Shown here piece after piece: positions 36,323 to 44,065 of a stretch of DNA of 64,000 bases. Source of the DNA: a bacterium (GTDB taxonomy: Archaea > Thermoplasmatota > Thermoplasmata > Lutacidiplasmatales > UBA184); contig DAIDCO010000001.1 of assembly GCA_027309555.1 (NCBI GenBank), positions 13,036 through 77,035 on the forward strand, in the 5' to 3' direction. Below the pieces are notes generated by a model. The model saw only the letters and a list, made by a program, of their open reading frames with translations. It searched no databases and was not told the origin of the DNA. Numbering within the stretch: the stretch's first letter is position 1; each line of letters begins with the position of its first letter. A program made the position numbers and the translations under genes.

Positions 36323-37615
36323 TCACGCCCGCGCGGGCGGAATCGGCTCGGGCCGGGCAAAGAGGCGCACCGCCTCCGCGAGGCCCTCGAACAGCTCTAC
36401 GAGCTCCGCCTCGGTGTTGTAGAGGTAGGGGCTCGCCCGAGTGAGGGCCGGGACCCCGAGGCGGTCCATGAGGAGCTGCGCGCAATGGTGGCCGGCGCGC
36501 ACGCAAACGCCGCGGGCATCGAGGAGGCTTGCCACGTCGTGCGGATGGACGCCTCGCAAACGGAAGGAGACCACCGCCTCGCGCTGCCGGGGGTCCCTCG
36601 GACCGAAGATCGTGACCGCGTCGCCGAGCCGCTCATCGGCGAGTCGGAGCGCCGTCGCCTGGAGCCGATGCTCGTGCGCCGCGAGCTCCTCCCAGCCGAT
36701 CCCCTCGAGGTAGGAGAGGGCCGCGGCGAGGCCCACCGCTCCGGCGGCGTTCGGCGTGCCGGCCTCGAACTTCGCGGGCGACTCGCGATAGCTCACGCGG
36801 TCCCGGTGGACCTCGCGGATCATCTCCCCTCCGCCCATCCCCGGCGGGAGCGATTCGAGCAGGTCGCCCCGGCCCCACAGGGCACCGATTCCCATCGGAC
36901 CGAGCGTCTTGTGGCCCGAGAAGGCCAGAAAGTCGGCCCCGAGCTTCCCGACGTCGATCGGGAGATGGGGCGCGGACTGGGCCGCGTCCACGACGACGAG
37001 GGCCCCGACCGAGTGCGCACGGTCGGCGATCTCCCGCACGGGGTTCGTAGTGCCGAGGACGTTCGAGACATGGGTCAGCGTGACGACCTTCGTGCGGCGG
37101 TCGAGGTAGCGGTCGAGCTCGTCGAGGCGCAGCCGACCCTCTTCGTCGACGTCGACGAACTCGAGTTCGATGCCGCCGTATTCCCGCAGGAAATGCCACG
37201 GAACGATGTTCGAATGGTGCTCCATGACCGTCGTCACGACGCGGTCGCCCTTCTTCAGGGTCGAGCGCCCGAGGCTCGTCGCGAGAAGATTGATCGCCTC
37301 GGTCGTGCCACGAAGGAAGACGACCTCGGAGGCCGCGCGCGCTCTCAAGAAGCGAGCGACGCGTTCGCGCGCTCCCTCGAAGGCGTCGGTCGCCTCGACG
37401 CTGAGACCGTAGACGCCCCGGTGGACGTTCGCGTTCGTCCGCTCGTAGAACTCCGCTTCGGCGGCGATCACCGAACGCGGCTTCTGGCTCGTCGCCGCGG
37501 AATCGAGATACACGAGCGGCCGCCCGTTCGATGTGCGGGAGAGGAGCGGGAAGTCCGCCCGGATCTTCGCGACGTCCATCGTACTCCCTCTCGGAGGGGA
37601 AGCGTCCGAGAGCAC
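36323..37615 (-). CDS. sufS: cysteine desulfurase SufS
   Basis: Class V aminotransferase fold. Has FSGHKTLGPMG (PLP lysine) and the RAGHHCAQ active-site loop. Confidence 0.95.
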   Translation of the reverse strand: MLSDASPPRGSTMDVAKIRADFPLLSRTSNGRPLVYLDSAATSQKPRSVIAAEAEFYERTNANVHRGVYGLSVEATDAFEGARERVARFLRARAASEVVFLRGTTEAINLLATSLGRSTLKKGDRVVTTVMEHHSNIVPWHFLREYGGIELEFVDVDEEGRLRLDELDRYLDRRTKVVTLTHVSNVLGTTNPVREIADRAHSVGALVVVDAAQSAPHLPIDVGKLGADFLAFSGHKTLGPMGIGALWGRGDLLESLPPGMGGGEMIREVHRDRVSYRESPAKFEAGTPNAAGAVGLAAALSYLEGIGWEELAAHEHRLQATALRLADERLGDAVTIFGPRDPRQREAVVSFRLRGVHPHDVASLLDARGVCVRAGHHCAQLLMDRLGVPALTRASPYLYNTEAELVELFEGLAEAVRLFARPEPIPPARA

Positions 37616-38392
37616 TTAGTTTGTGGCCTGGGGGACAACGGGGCGCACGAAGTCGTAGCCTTTCGCCTCGAGCTCCTCGGCGAGCTCGCGCCCTCCCGAG
37701 AGCTGGATGATCCCGTCCACCATCACGTGCACCCGGTCCGGTTTGAGGTACTTCAGGATCCGCTGGTAGTGCGTGATGACGAGGATCCCCGCGTCGGGCC
37801 GGTGGAGCTTCGCGACGGTCTCCCCGACGGCGCGGACCGCATCGATGTCGAGACCCGAGTCCGGCTCGTCGAGGATCGAGAAGAGCGGATGCAGGGTCGC
37901 CATCTGGAGGACCTCGACGCGCTTCTTCTCCCCTCCCGAGAACCCCTCGTTCAGCGAGCGTTTCAGGAGCGACCCGTCCATTTCGAGGTATCCGAGATGC
38001 GCCTGGAGCTCGCGGTCGAACTCGGCCGTGTCGGCCGTTTGCGCCGTGTGCCGCTGCATGTAGGCGGTCCAGAGGAATTTCGAGAGCGAGAGCCCCGAGA
38101 CCTCCTGAGGATACTGGAATCCGAGGAAGAGACCGGCCTTCGAGCGCTGGTCGACGCTGAGCTTGAAGAGGTCCTGGCCATCGAGGAGCGCTCGACCTTG
38201 GGTGACCTTGTACTTCGGGTGGCCCATGAGCGCGTACGCGAGCGTGCTCTTCCCGGAACCGTTCGGACCCATCAGTGCGGTGAGCTCGCCGCTATGGAGC
38301 GTCAACGTGACCCCTCGCAGGATCTCCTTTCCGGCGACCTCCGCGTGAAGGTTTTCGATGACGAGCGTGTGGGGCGTGGTCAGCGCGGTCAT
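37616..38392 (-). CDS. sufC: Fe-S cluster assembly ATPase SufC
   Basis: Walker A GPNGSGKST, signature FSGGEKKR and Walker B ILDEPDSGLD. It abuts sufS. Confidence 0.97.
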   Translation of the reverse strand: MTALTTPHTLVIENLHAEVAGKEILRGVTLTLHSGELTALMGPNGSGKSTLAYALMGHPKYKVTQGRALLDGQDLFKLSVDQRSKAGLFLGFQYPQEVSGLSLSKFLWTAYMQRHTAQTADTAEFDRELQAHLGYLEMDGSLLKRSLNEGFSGGEKKRVEVLQMATLHPLFSILDEPDSGLDIDAVRAVGETVAKLHRPDAGILVITHYQRILKYLKPDRVHVMVDGIIQLSGGRELAEELEAKGYDFVRPVVPQATN

Positions 38393-38420
38393 GTCGATCG
38401 ACCGGATACGAGCCGATACC

Positions 38421-38450
38421 GTTATTTAAGCATGGCGCGGTGTGTAAATC
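38421..38450. promoter_or_regulatory. bidirectional TATA-like box plus GTGTGTAAATC motif between sufC and the regulator gene
   Basis: gttatttaag (38421-38430) lies ~30 nt from the sufC ATG on the minus strand and ~45 nt from the regulator ATG on the plus strand. GTGTGTAAATC at 38440-38450 is identical to 31878-31888. Confidence 0.4.
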
Positions 38451-38472
38451 GATCCGGGGAACGGAGGAGTCG

Positions 38473-39207
38473 ATGACGATGGTAGCTGCCGCGAGCGAGC
38501 TTCTCGAAGGAACGCGGGGGCGGATTCTGGAAGAGCTCGCGAATGCGCCGCGCACCGCTCGGGACCTTTCGAAGATGCTCGGCATCCAGGAGAGTGCCGC
38601 CCGCGGTCACTTGGACCGGATGCAGGACAAGGGACTCGTTGTCGCCTCCTTCCGCCGGGAAGGCGTCGGCCGACCGCGGAAGCGCTACGTCCTGACCGGC
38701 CAGGGGCAGGACCTGTTCCCGAAGAAGTACGACCTCATCCTCGACACCGTGGTCGACGAACTCCTCGCTCGCGAGGGGGAGGGGTACGTCAGTGCCCTCT
38801 TTGCCGAAGCGGCGCGCCGAATGGCGGGAACGGTCGCCCGGGAGATCCCGAAGGGCGGGCCTCCGGCGGAGCGGATCCGGAACCTCGTGACCGCGCTCAA
38901 TCGACTCGGCTTCCGCTGCAGCGCCGAGGAGCGGCCGGACGGGACCTTGCGGATCGTCCGCACGAACTGCGTCTTCCGTCACAGTGCGCTCTCGCACCCG
39001 TTCCTTCTCTGCGACGTTTTCGACAAACACCTCACCGAGGCCCTCTTGGGCCAGGTGGGGGTCGACCTCCAGGACTCCATCGGTCGGGGCGGCGTCCAGT
39101 GCACCCACTTGGTTCAGCTCCTCGGGGCGCGACCGGTCGTCCGTCGAGGTTCCGAGCCACGACGCCCGGTCGGCCTCCCGTCGCGCGACGGGGCGGGCGC
39201 CGAGTAG
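38473..39207 (+). CDS. ArsR/SufR-like winged-helix transcriptional regulator
   Basis: HTH region TARDLSKMLGIQESAARGHLDRMQDKGLV. The C-terminal domain has spaced cysteines (C-x16-C-x13-C...C). It is divergent from sufCSB. ATG at 38473 is preceded by GGAGGAG. Confidence 0.7.
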   Translation: MTMVAAASELLEGTRGRILEELANAPRTARDLSKMLGIQESAARGHLDRMQDKGLVVASFRREGVGRPRKRYVLTGQGQDLFPKKYDLILDTVVDELLAREGEGYVSALFAEAARRMAGTVAREIPKGGPPAERIRNLVTALNRLGFRCSAEERPDGTLRIVRTNCVFRHSALSHPFLLCDVFDKHLTEALLGQVGVDLQDSIGRGGVQCTHLVQLLGARPVVRRGSEPRRPVGLPSRDGAGAE

Positions 39208-39269
39208 GCAAGGCGCCTTCGCGCTCGCGGGACCGGGAAGAGCTCGCACGGGAGGTTCGAGGTCGTTCC

Positions 39270-40241
39270 ATGGGCGCAGCCCCGTCGCGCGTGGCCGGAG
39301 CGATGGCGCCCGTTGGCCCGACCGCGGTCGCCCCGGCGCTCCGGCTCGACGACCCGCTCCTGCGCGCGATCGGCGGGACTCCGCTCCTCCCGCTCCCTCG
39401 CATCGTCGCCGCTGCGGGGGGAGGGTTCGAGATCCTGGCGAAGGCCGAGTTCCTCAATCCCTCGGGGTCGGTGAAGGACCGAGCCGCCCTTGGGATCGTA
39501 CGTCGCGCCGTAGAAGAGGGGTCGCTCGATGGCCGCCGTACGCTCGTCGACGCATCGAGCGGCAACACCGCGGTCGCCTACGCGATGCTCGGCGCCCGGC
39601 TCGGGTTCCGGGTCGAGCTCGTGCTGCCCCGGAACGCGAACCCCGAGCGCGTGGGACGGATCCGGGCTTACGGGGCCCGGGTCGTGTTCACGGACCCGCT
39701 CGAGGGTACCGATGGCGCGCAACGAGAGGCGCTACGTCGCGCGACCGAGGATCCGGCGCGGTACTTCCATCCGGACCAGTACAACAACCGGTCGAACCCC
39801 GACGCCCACTACGCCACGACGGGGCCCGAGATCTGGCGGCAGTCCCGCGGCCGGCTGACCCACTTCGTCGCCGGGGTCGGTACTGGCGGCACGATCTCGG
39901 GGGCCGGTCGGTTCCTGAAGGAGCAGCAGCGCTCGCTTGAGGTGGTCGGGGTCGAGCCGTCGGGGCCGATGCACGGGCTCGAAGGGCTGAAGCACCTTCC
40001 GACCGCCCTCCGGCCCTCCACGTACGACGGTAGGGTCGTCGATCGGACCGTCCGCGTGGCAACCGAAGACGCGGCCGAGATGAGGTCCCGCCTTGCCGAA
40101 GAGGAAGGGCTCGTGGTCGGCCTGTCGGCCGCAGCCGCAGTGCTCGTTTCGGTCGAGGTGGGGCGTCGGGCGCCCGGCTCGGTGGTCGCGACCGTGCTCC
40201 CCGACGCCGGCCACGCCGTGGACCCCCTCGGGGGCGTGTAA
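39270..40241 (+). CDS. cysM: cysteine synthase (CysM-like, PLP-dependent)
   Basis: Has PSGSVKDRAA (PLP lysine) and SSGNTAVAY. ATG at 39270. The longer ORF-track start would overlap the regulator. Confidence 0.85.
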   Translation: MGAAPSRVAGAMAPVGPTAVAPALRLDDPLLRAIGGTPLLPLPRIVAAAGGGFEILAKAEFLNPSGSVKDRAALGIVRRAVEEGSLDGRRTLVDASSGNTAVAYAMLGARLGFRVELVLPRNANPERVGRIRAYGARVVFTDPLEGTDGAQREALRRATEDPARYFHPDQYNNRSNPDAHYATTGPEIWRQSRGRLTHFVAGVGTGGTISGAGRFLKEQQRSLEVVGVEPSGPMHGLEGLKHLPTALRPSTYDGRVVDRTVRVATEDAAEMRSRLAEEEGLVVGLSAAAAVLVSVEVGRRAPGSVVATVLPDAGHAVDPLGGV

Positions 40242-40242
40242 G

Positions 40243-40728
40243 ATGCGGTCGGTGCGCCTGGCCCGAACGCACCTCGAGGCGATGGCGGTCCACGCCCGGG
40301 CCACGTACCCGGACGAATGCTGCGGCTTTCTCGTGGCGAACCCGGACCCCGGCCCGCCCGAAGCTCCGCGCACGATTACGGCGGTCGAGCCGGCGGCGAA
40401 CGAGTTCGAGGGGGTCCGGCGCCGTCGGTTCCTCCTCCGCCCCGAAGAGCTCCGGGCCGCCGAGTCACGGCTCGAGAGGACCGGGCGCATCGTGGCCGGG
40501 TTCTATCACTCGCACCCCGATCATCCGGCCTTGCCCTCGACGTTCGACCGGGACCATGCCTGGCCCTGGTATACCTACCTCGTCGTCGGCGTCACTCCCT
40601 CGGGGGTGAGCGAGATTCGCGCGTTCGAGCTCGATCCCGACCGGGGGGAGTTCGTCGAGGCGGGCCTAGCGGTCGCCCCGGTTCACGAAGCGCCCGCGAT
40701 GCGGGGGAGTCGGGAAGCGAGAGCCTAA
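40243..40728 (+). CDS. JAMM/MPN+ metalloprotease (Mec-like)
   Basis: Has ECCGFL (Glu) and HSHPDHPALPSTFD (H-x-H-x7-S-x2-D). The ATG lies 2 nt after the cysM stop. Confidence 0.85.
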   Translation: MRSVRLARTHLEAMAVHARATYPDECCGFLVANPDPGPPEAPRTITAVEPAANEFEGVRRRRFLLRPEELRAAESRLERTGRIVAGFYHSHPDHPALPSTFDRDHAWPWYTYLVVGVTPSGVSEIRAFELDPDRGEFVEAGLAVAPVHEAPAMRGSREARA

Positions 40729-40754
40729 GAGGATTGTAGGAGGGATACGGGTAG

Positions 40755-42236
40755 ATGGCAAAGGTCACGGTCCGGGTGCCGACCCCGCTACGCCCACTCG
40801 CCGGGGGCCTTGCTGAGGTCGTGGTGGACGGTGCGACGGTCGGGGGCGTCGTGGAAGAGCTCGCGCGCGCCCACGCCGGGCTCCGGCGCCATCTCTTCTC
40901 GCCCGAAGGCAAGCTGCGCAGTTTTGTCACAATCTACCTCAACGACGAGGACGTTCGCTACCTTCAACGGGACGGGACCCCGGTCGCGGAGGGGGACGTG
41001 CTCTCGATCGTCCCCGCGATCGCGGGCGGCGCCCCGACCGCGCTCTCCTCCGCGTCCCGCGACCGCCGCGAAGCGATCCCTTCGGCGGCGGACGCGTTCT
41101 CCCGGGACGACCTGCGCCGCTACAGCCGCCATCTCCTGCTCCCCGAGGTCGGAGTCGCGGGCCAGAAGAAGCTGCGACGGGCGAAGGTCCTCCTCGTCGG
41201 CGCCGGGGGGCTGGGGGCTCCGACGGCCCTCTACCTGGCCGCCGCGGGGGTCGGCGAGATCGGCCTCGTCGACTTCGACCGGGTCGACCTCTCGAATCTG
41301 CAGCGCCAGGTTCTCTACACGACCCGCGACGTCGGCCGGCCAAAGCTCGAGGCGGCGAAGGAGCGTCTCGAGGCGCTGAACCCGGGGGTCCGGGTCATCC
41401 CGCACGGGGAGCGCCTCACGGCCGACAACGCGCTCGGAGTCCTCGCGCCGTACGACATCATCGTCGACGGTACCGACAACTTCCCGACCCGCTACCTCGT
41501 CAACGACGCGTCGGTGCTGCTCGGGAAACCGAACGTCTACGGCTCGATCTACCGGTTCGAGGGCCAGGTGAGCGTCTTCGACGCGCAGCGGGGCCCGTGC
41601 TACCGATGCTTGTATCCCGAGCCGCCCCCACCGGACCTCGTTCCGTCGTGCGCGGAGGCGGGCGTTCTCGGCGTGCTGCCGGGGCTCATCGGGACCCTCC
41701 AGGCGACCGAGACGGTGAAGCTCCTCCTCGGTCAGGGGGAGCCCCTCATCGGCCGGTTGCTGCTGTTCGACGCGCTCGCGCTCAAGTTCCGCGAGCTCCG
41801 GCTCCGCAAGAACCCCCACTGCGTTCTGTGCTCGCCCCAAGCGACCCAGAAAGGGCTCATCGACTATCCGGCGTTCTGCGGCGTGGCGGCCCCCGGCGAC
41901 GAGGAGGTCGGCGGGGCCGTTCCGTCGATCGAACCGGAGGCGCTCGCGGCGGCGCTCGCCTCGACCGACCCTCCCGTGCTGATCGACGTGCGTGAACCGA
42001 TGGAATGGGCGATCGCCCATCTGCCGAGCGCGCGGCTGATCCCGGGAGCGGAACTTCCGGAGCGCGTAGACGAGTTCACTCGCGCGCGCGAGCTGGTCCT
42101 CTACTGCCGCAACGGCGGACGTTCCGCCCATGCGACGCGTCTCCTCCTCGACCTCGGCTTCTCGAACGTACGCAACCTCCGGGGGGGCATCCTCGCCTGG
42201 TCCGAGCGGGTGGACCCGAACCTGCCCCAGTACTAG
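40755..42236 (+). CDS. fusion protein: CysO/MoaD-like beta-grasp sulfur carrier (ends AIAGG at residue 92), ThiF/MoeB E1 and rhodanese (MoeZ-like)
   Basis: Residues 1-92 resemble CysO along their whole length (VTVRVPTPLRPLAGG...FVTIYLNDEDVRY...GDVLSIVPAIAGG). No stop follows the GG codons (41025-41030). Then come VLLVGAGGLGAP, CYRC/CVLC, PSCAEAGVLG and the rhodanese active site LYCRNGGRS. Confidence 0.9.
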   Translation: MAKVTVRVPTPLRPLAGGLAEVVVDGATVGGVVEELARAHAGLRRHLFSPEGKLRSFVTIYLNDEDVRYLQRDGTPVAEGDVLSIVPAIAGGAPTALSSASRDRREAIPSAADAFSRDDLRRYSRHLLLPEVGVAGQKKLRRAKVLLVGAGGLGAPTALYLAAAGVGEIGLVDFDRVDLSNLQRQVLYTTRDVGRPKLEAAKERLEALNPGVRVIPHGERLTADNALGVLAPYDIIVDGTDNFPTRYLVNDASVLLGKPNVYGSIYRFEGQVSVFDAQRGPCYRCLYPEPPPPDLVPSCAEAGVLGVLPGLIGTLQATETVKLLLGQGEPLIGRLLLFDALALKFRELRLRKNPHCVLCSPQATQKGLIDYPAFCGVAAPGDEEVGGAVPSIEPEALAAALASTDPPVLIDVREPMEWAIAHLPSARLIPGAELPERVDEFTRARELVLYCRNGGRSAHATRLLLDLGFSNVRNLRGGILAWSERVDPNLPQY

Positions 42237-42271
42237 CCGGACGGCCTTCGGCCCCCCCGAGGTCCCGCGGT

Positions 42272-42874
42272 CTAGCTCGTTTCGACCGGGGGGCTTGCGA
42301 GCGGGTCTCCGACGTCCACGGCCAACCGGCCGCTGTAGGACCGGACCCGGCGGGAGAGCTCTCGCGCGAAGCGGTCCGGCTGGCGCGGGGAGAGATACAG
42401 CGGATACTCTCCGGCGGTGACGAGGAGCCCGCGCGCGGCGTCGGTGTAGATCGAGTCGAACCGCCCGAGCACCGGGCTCCACATCCGCCCTCGCCATCCC
42501 CAGGAACCGAAGAATCCGCCGGTCGCCGCAAGGTCCCTCAGCGACGCGTATTCGATGCTTCGGACCTGGTCGAGGCGGACCTTGACGCCGCCGAGGATCC
42601 GCCGCGCTCGGAGGTACCGCTCGTCGATGCGGTAGTTCGTGGAGAGGTAGCGCGCGAGCGCGACGAGGAGGATCCCGGAGATCACATAGGAGCCCCACCA
42701 AGAGAGGACCGCCGAGCCCCGACCGAGGATCAAGACGACGATCAGAAGCAGGACGACGTACGTGCCGACGATCGTGTAGGAGATCGTCCCCCACGCATGG
42801 TATCGCCCGAGCGCGTCGAGCGCCCCGCGGTCGGAGGAGGCCGTTTCGAAAGACCGGTCGATCCGAGGGGACAA
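42272..42874 (-). CDS. hypothetical membrane protein (2 TM plus bacterial PH-like domain)
   Basis: The two TM helices and the RIDERYLRARRILGGVKVRLDQVRSIE region resemble the bPH/YdbS-type. The nearest usable starts are TTG 42874 or TTG 42946. The upstream part of the 339-aa ORF is ABCE1-derived pseudogene sequence. Confidence 0.45.
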   Translation of the reverse strand: MSPRIDRSFETASSDRGALDALGRYHAWGTISYTIVGTYVVLLLIVVLILGRGSAVLSWWGSYVISGILLVALARYLSTNYRIDERYLRARRILGGVKVRLDQVRSIEYASLRDLAATGGFFGSWGWRGRMWSPVLGRFDSIYTDAARGLLVTAGEYPLYLSPRQPDRFARELSRRVRSYSGRLAVDVGDPLASPPVETS

Positions 42875-42989
42875 CGGAATGGGGTTCGCCTCCGTCCACG
42901 CGGCCGGTATTGCGGTCCCGCGGCGGTCGTACGCCGCGCCCTGCAAATAGATTACCGTCGGCCCGGATCCGTAGATCCGGCGGCGGGTT

Positions 42990-43378
42990 CGGGTCCGTAG
43001 CAGGGCGGACGAGCACCGACTCGAAGAGGGCGGTGAGCGGCGTCGAGTTCCCGGGCCCATTGGGTCCGAGGAGGCCTGCGATTCCCCGGGGAGTCGGGAC
43101 CGGCAGGAGATAGAGTCGGACGCCGCGGTAGCCGTACCGGTGCACAATCCCGACTCGTCCGCCTCGGGCGTGTTGTGGATATGGATCGCATCGAACGGAC
43201 ACGTGACCGCCCAGACGTCTCGTCCTATGCAGAGAGTCTCCGAGCTGAGGGGGTCGCCGAGCGGCCCTTCGCCGATGCACTCCCGGCCCATGCGCGCCGT
43301 CGGACAGCGGACCCGGCGCTCCCATTGGCACCACTTCGGAAGGCGGCGGTCGAGCGCAGGATCTCATCCCACGCCAAC
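42990..43378 (-). pseudogene. decayed copy of the ABCE1 N-terminal region (FeS domain to P-loop)
   Basis: [47 protein letters not shown] versus genuine [47 protein letters not shown]: 33 of 47 identical by hand, with two cluster Cys lost. After a frameshift, IVHRYGYRGVRLYLLPVPTPRGIAGLLGPNGPGNST matches IVHRYGYNGFRLYRLPLPPPQGITGLLGPNGTGKST. Weaker similarity may continue to ~42800. Confidence 0.7.
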
Positions 43379-43384
43379 TAGAGA

Positions 43385-43720
43385 GAGAACCCCAAGTAAT
43401 TGCGCATGGTCGTTGGAGGGCCTCGTTTCCCCTCCGCCAGGCTTCGAAGGTGTGTTCCACTGCCGTGCCCACATCCTCGAGCTTGGGAAGGTGCCGATTC
43501 TGCGGACACCTCCGCAAGGTGAACTTCCAGACCCGTTCAGTCGGAATCAACCGCGGGCTTCCGGCGGGGAGGAACGAGTGCTCGAACCGGGGACTCGCCC
43601 CGCGTCGCCGCTCCTCGTGAAGGCGGGCGTGGGGGTACTGCGCGCTGTCGCCAATCACCACTCCTCGGCGCAGCACGAGGTGCTCTCCCGGTAGCGCGGA
43701 TGGAGGAACTGAGCGCGGCC
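43385..43720 (-). pseudogene. IS630/Tc1-mariner-family transposase C-terminal remnant
   Basis: VVIGDSAQYPHARLHEE...FEHSFLPAGSPRLIPTERVWKFTLRRCPQNRHLPKLEDVGTAVEHTFEAW matches the DDE_3 pattern (D..H......LPPYSP.LNPIE.VW...K......F..L..L...V...). No N-terminal half and no terminal repeats were seen. Confidence 0.65.
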
Positions 43721-43789
43721 GACCTTGTTGAGCGCTCCCTCGTCTCGCCGAGAAGTCATCTTCCCACCGCGAAGTCGGACGGCTCCCCA

Positions 43790-44065
43790 TTACTCGACCG
43801 ACTTGTCGGTCACGTGCACGAGGTCGGTTGGGTTTCCGAGGGGGAGCGGCGACGGGAGGAGCCCACGCGCGGCAGGACTCGGCGTCGGCCCGAACTCCCC
43901 GGGAATCACCCCCTCGGCAAGGGTCTGCGTGATGGCACCGCTCGGTGCGTGGGTCTCCGGCGCGACACTCAGAACCGGAGACGCGGCGACGACCGAGCGG
44001 GCGCCGAGGAACCGCTCGGTGAGCCCGTGCGCGTTCGCGACCCATTGGAGTCCGACGGCAATCAT
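43790..44065 (-). pseudogene. decayed fragment of an FtsX-type ABC permease (paralog of 53900-55147)
   Basis: ...ASPVLSVAPETHAPSGAITQTLAEGVIPGEFGPTPSPAARGLLPSPLPLGNPTDLVH versus genuine ...ASPVLSVDVDAYTTSGALSPVLAEGVIPAQFGPTLSPAERGLFPSPLPLGDPTDLRH. About 47 of 76 positions are identical by hand alignment. Confidence 0.7.

Noticed and set aside
36248-38476. 742-aa plus-strand ORF opposite sufS and sufC
   Set aside because: It is antisense to two genes with textbook motifs and has no recognisable domains. Similar rejections apply to 21054-22976(-) and 24421-26292(-) opposite mre11 and rad50, to 51407-53467(-) off-frame of ABCE1, and to 57736-59214(-) opposite the P-type ATPase.
42272-43291. 339-aa ORF taken as one intact gene
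   Set aside because: Its first ~47 codons are a degraded ABCE1 FeS-domain copy. The next ~65 codons are ABCE1 sequence read out of frame. Only the last ~200 codons form a coherent 2-TM plus PH-like protein. I treat it as a pseudogene plus a shorter CDS starting at TTG 42874, with the start uncertain.
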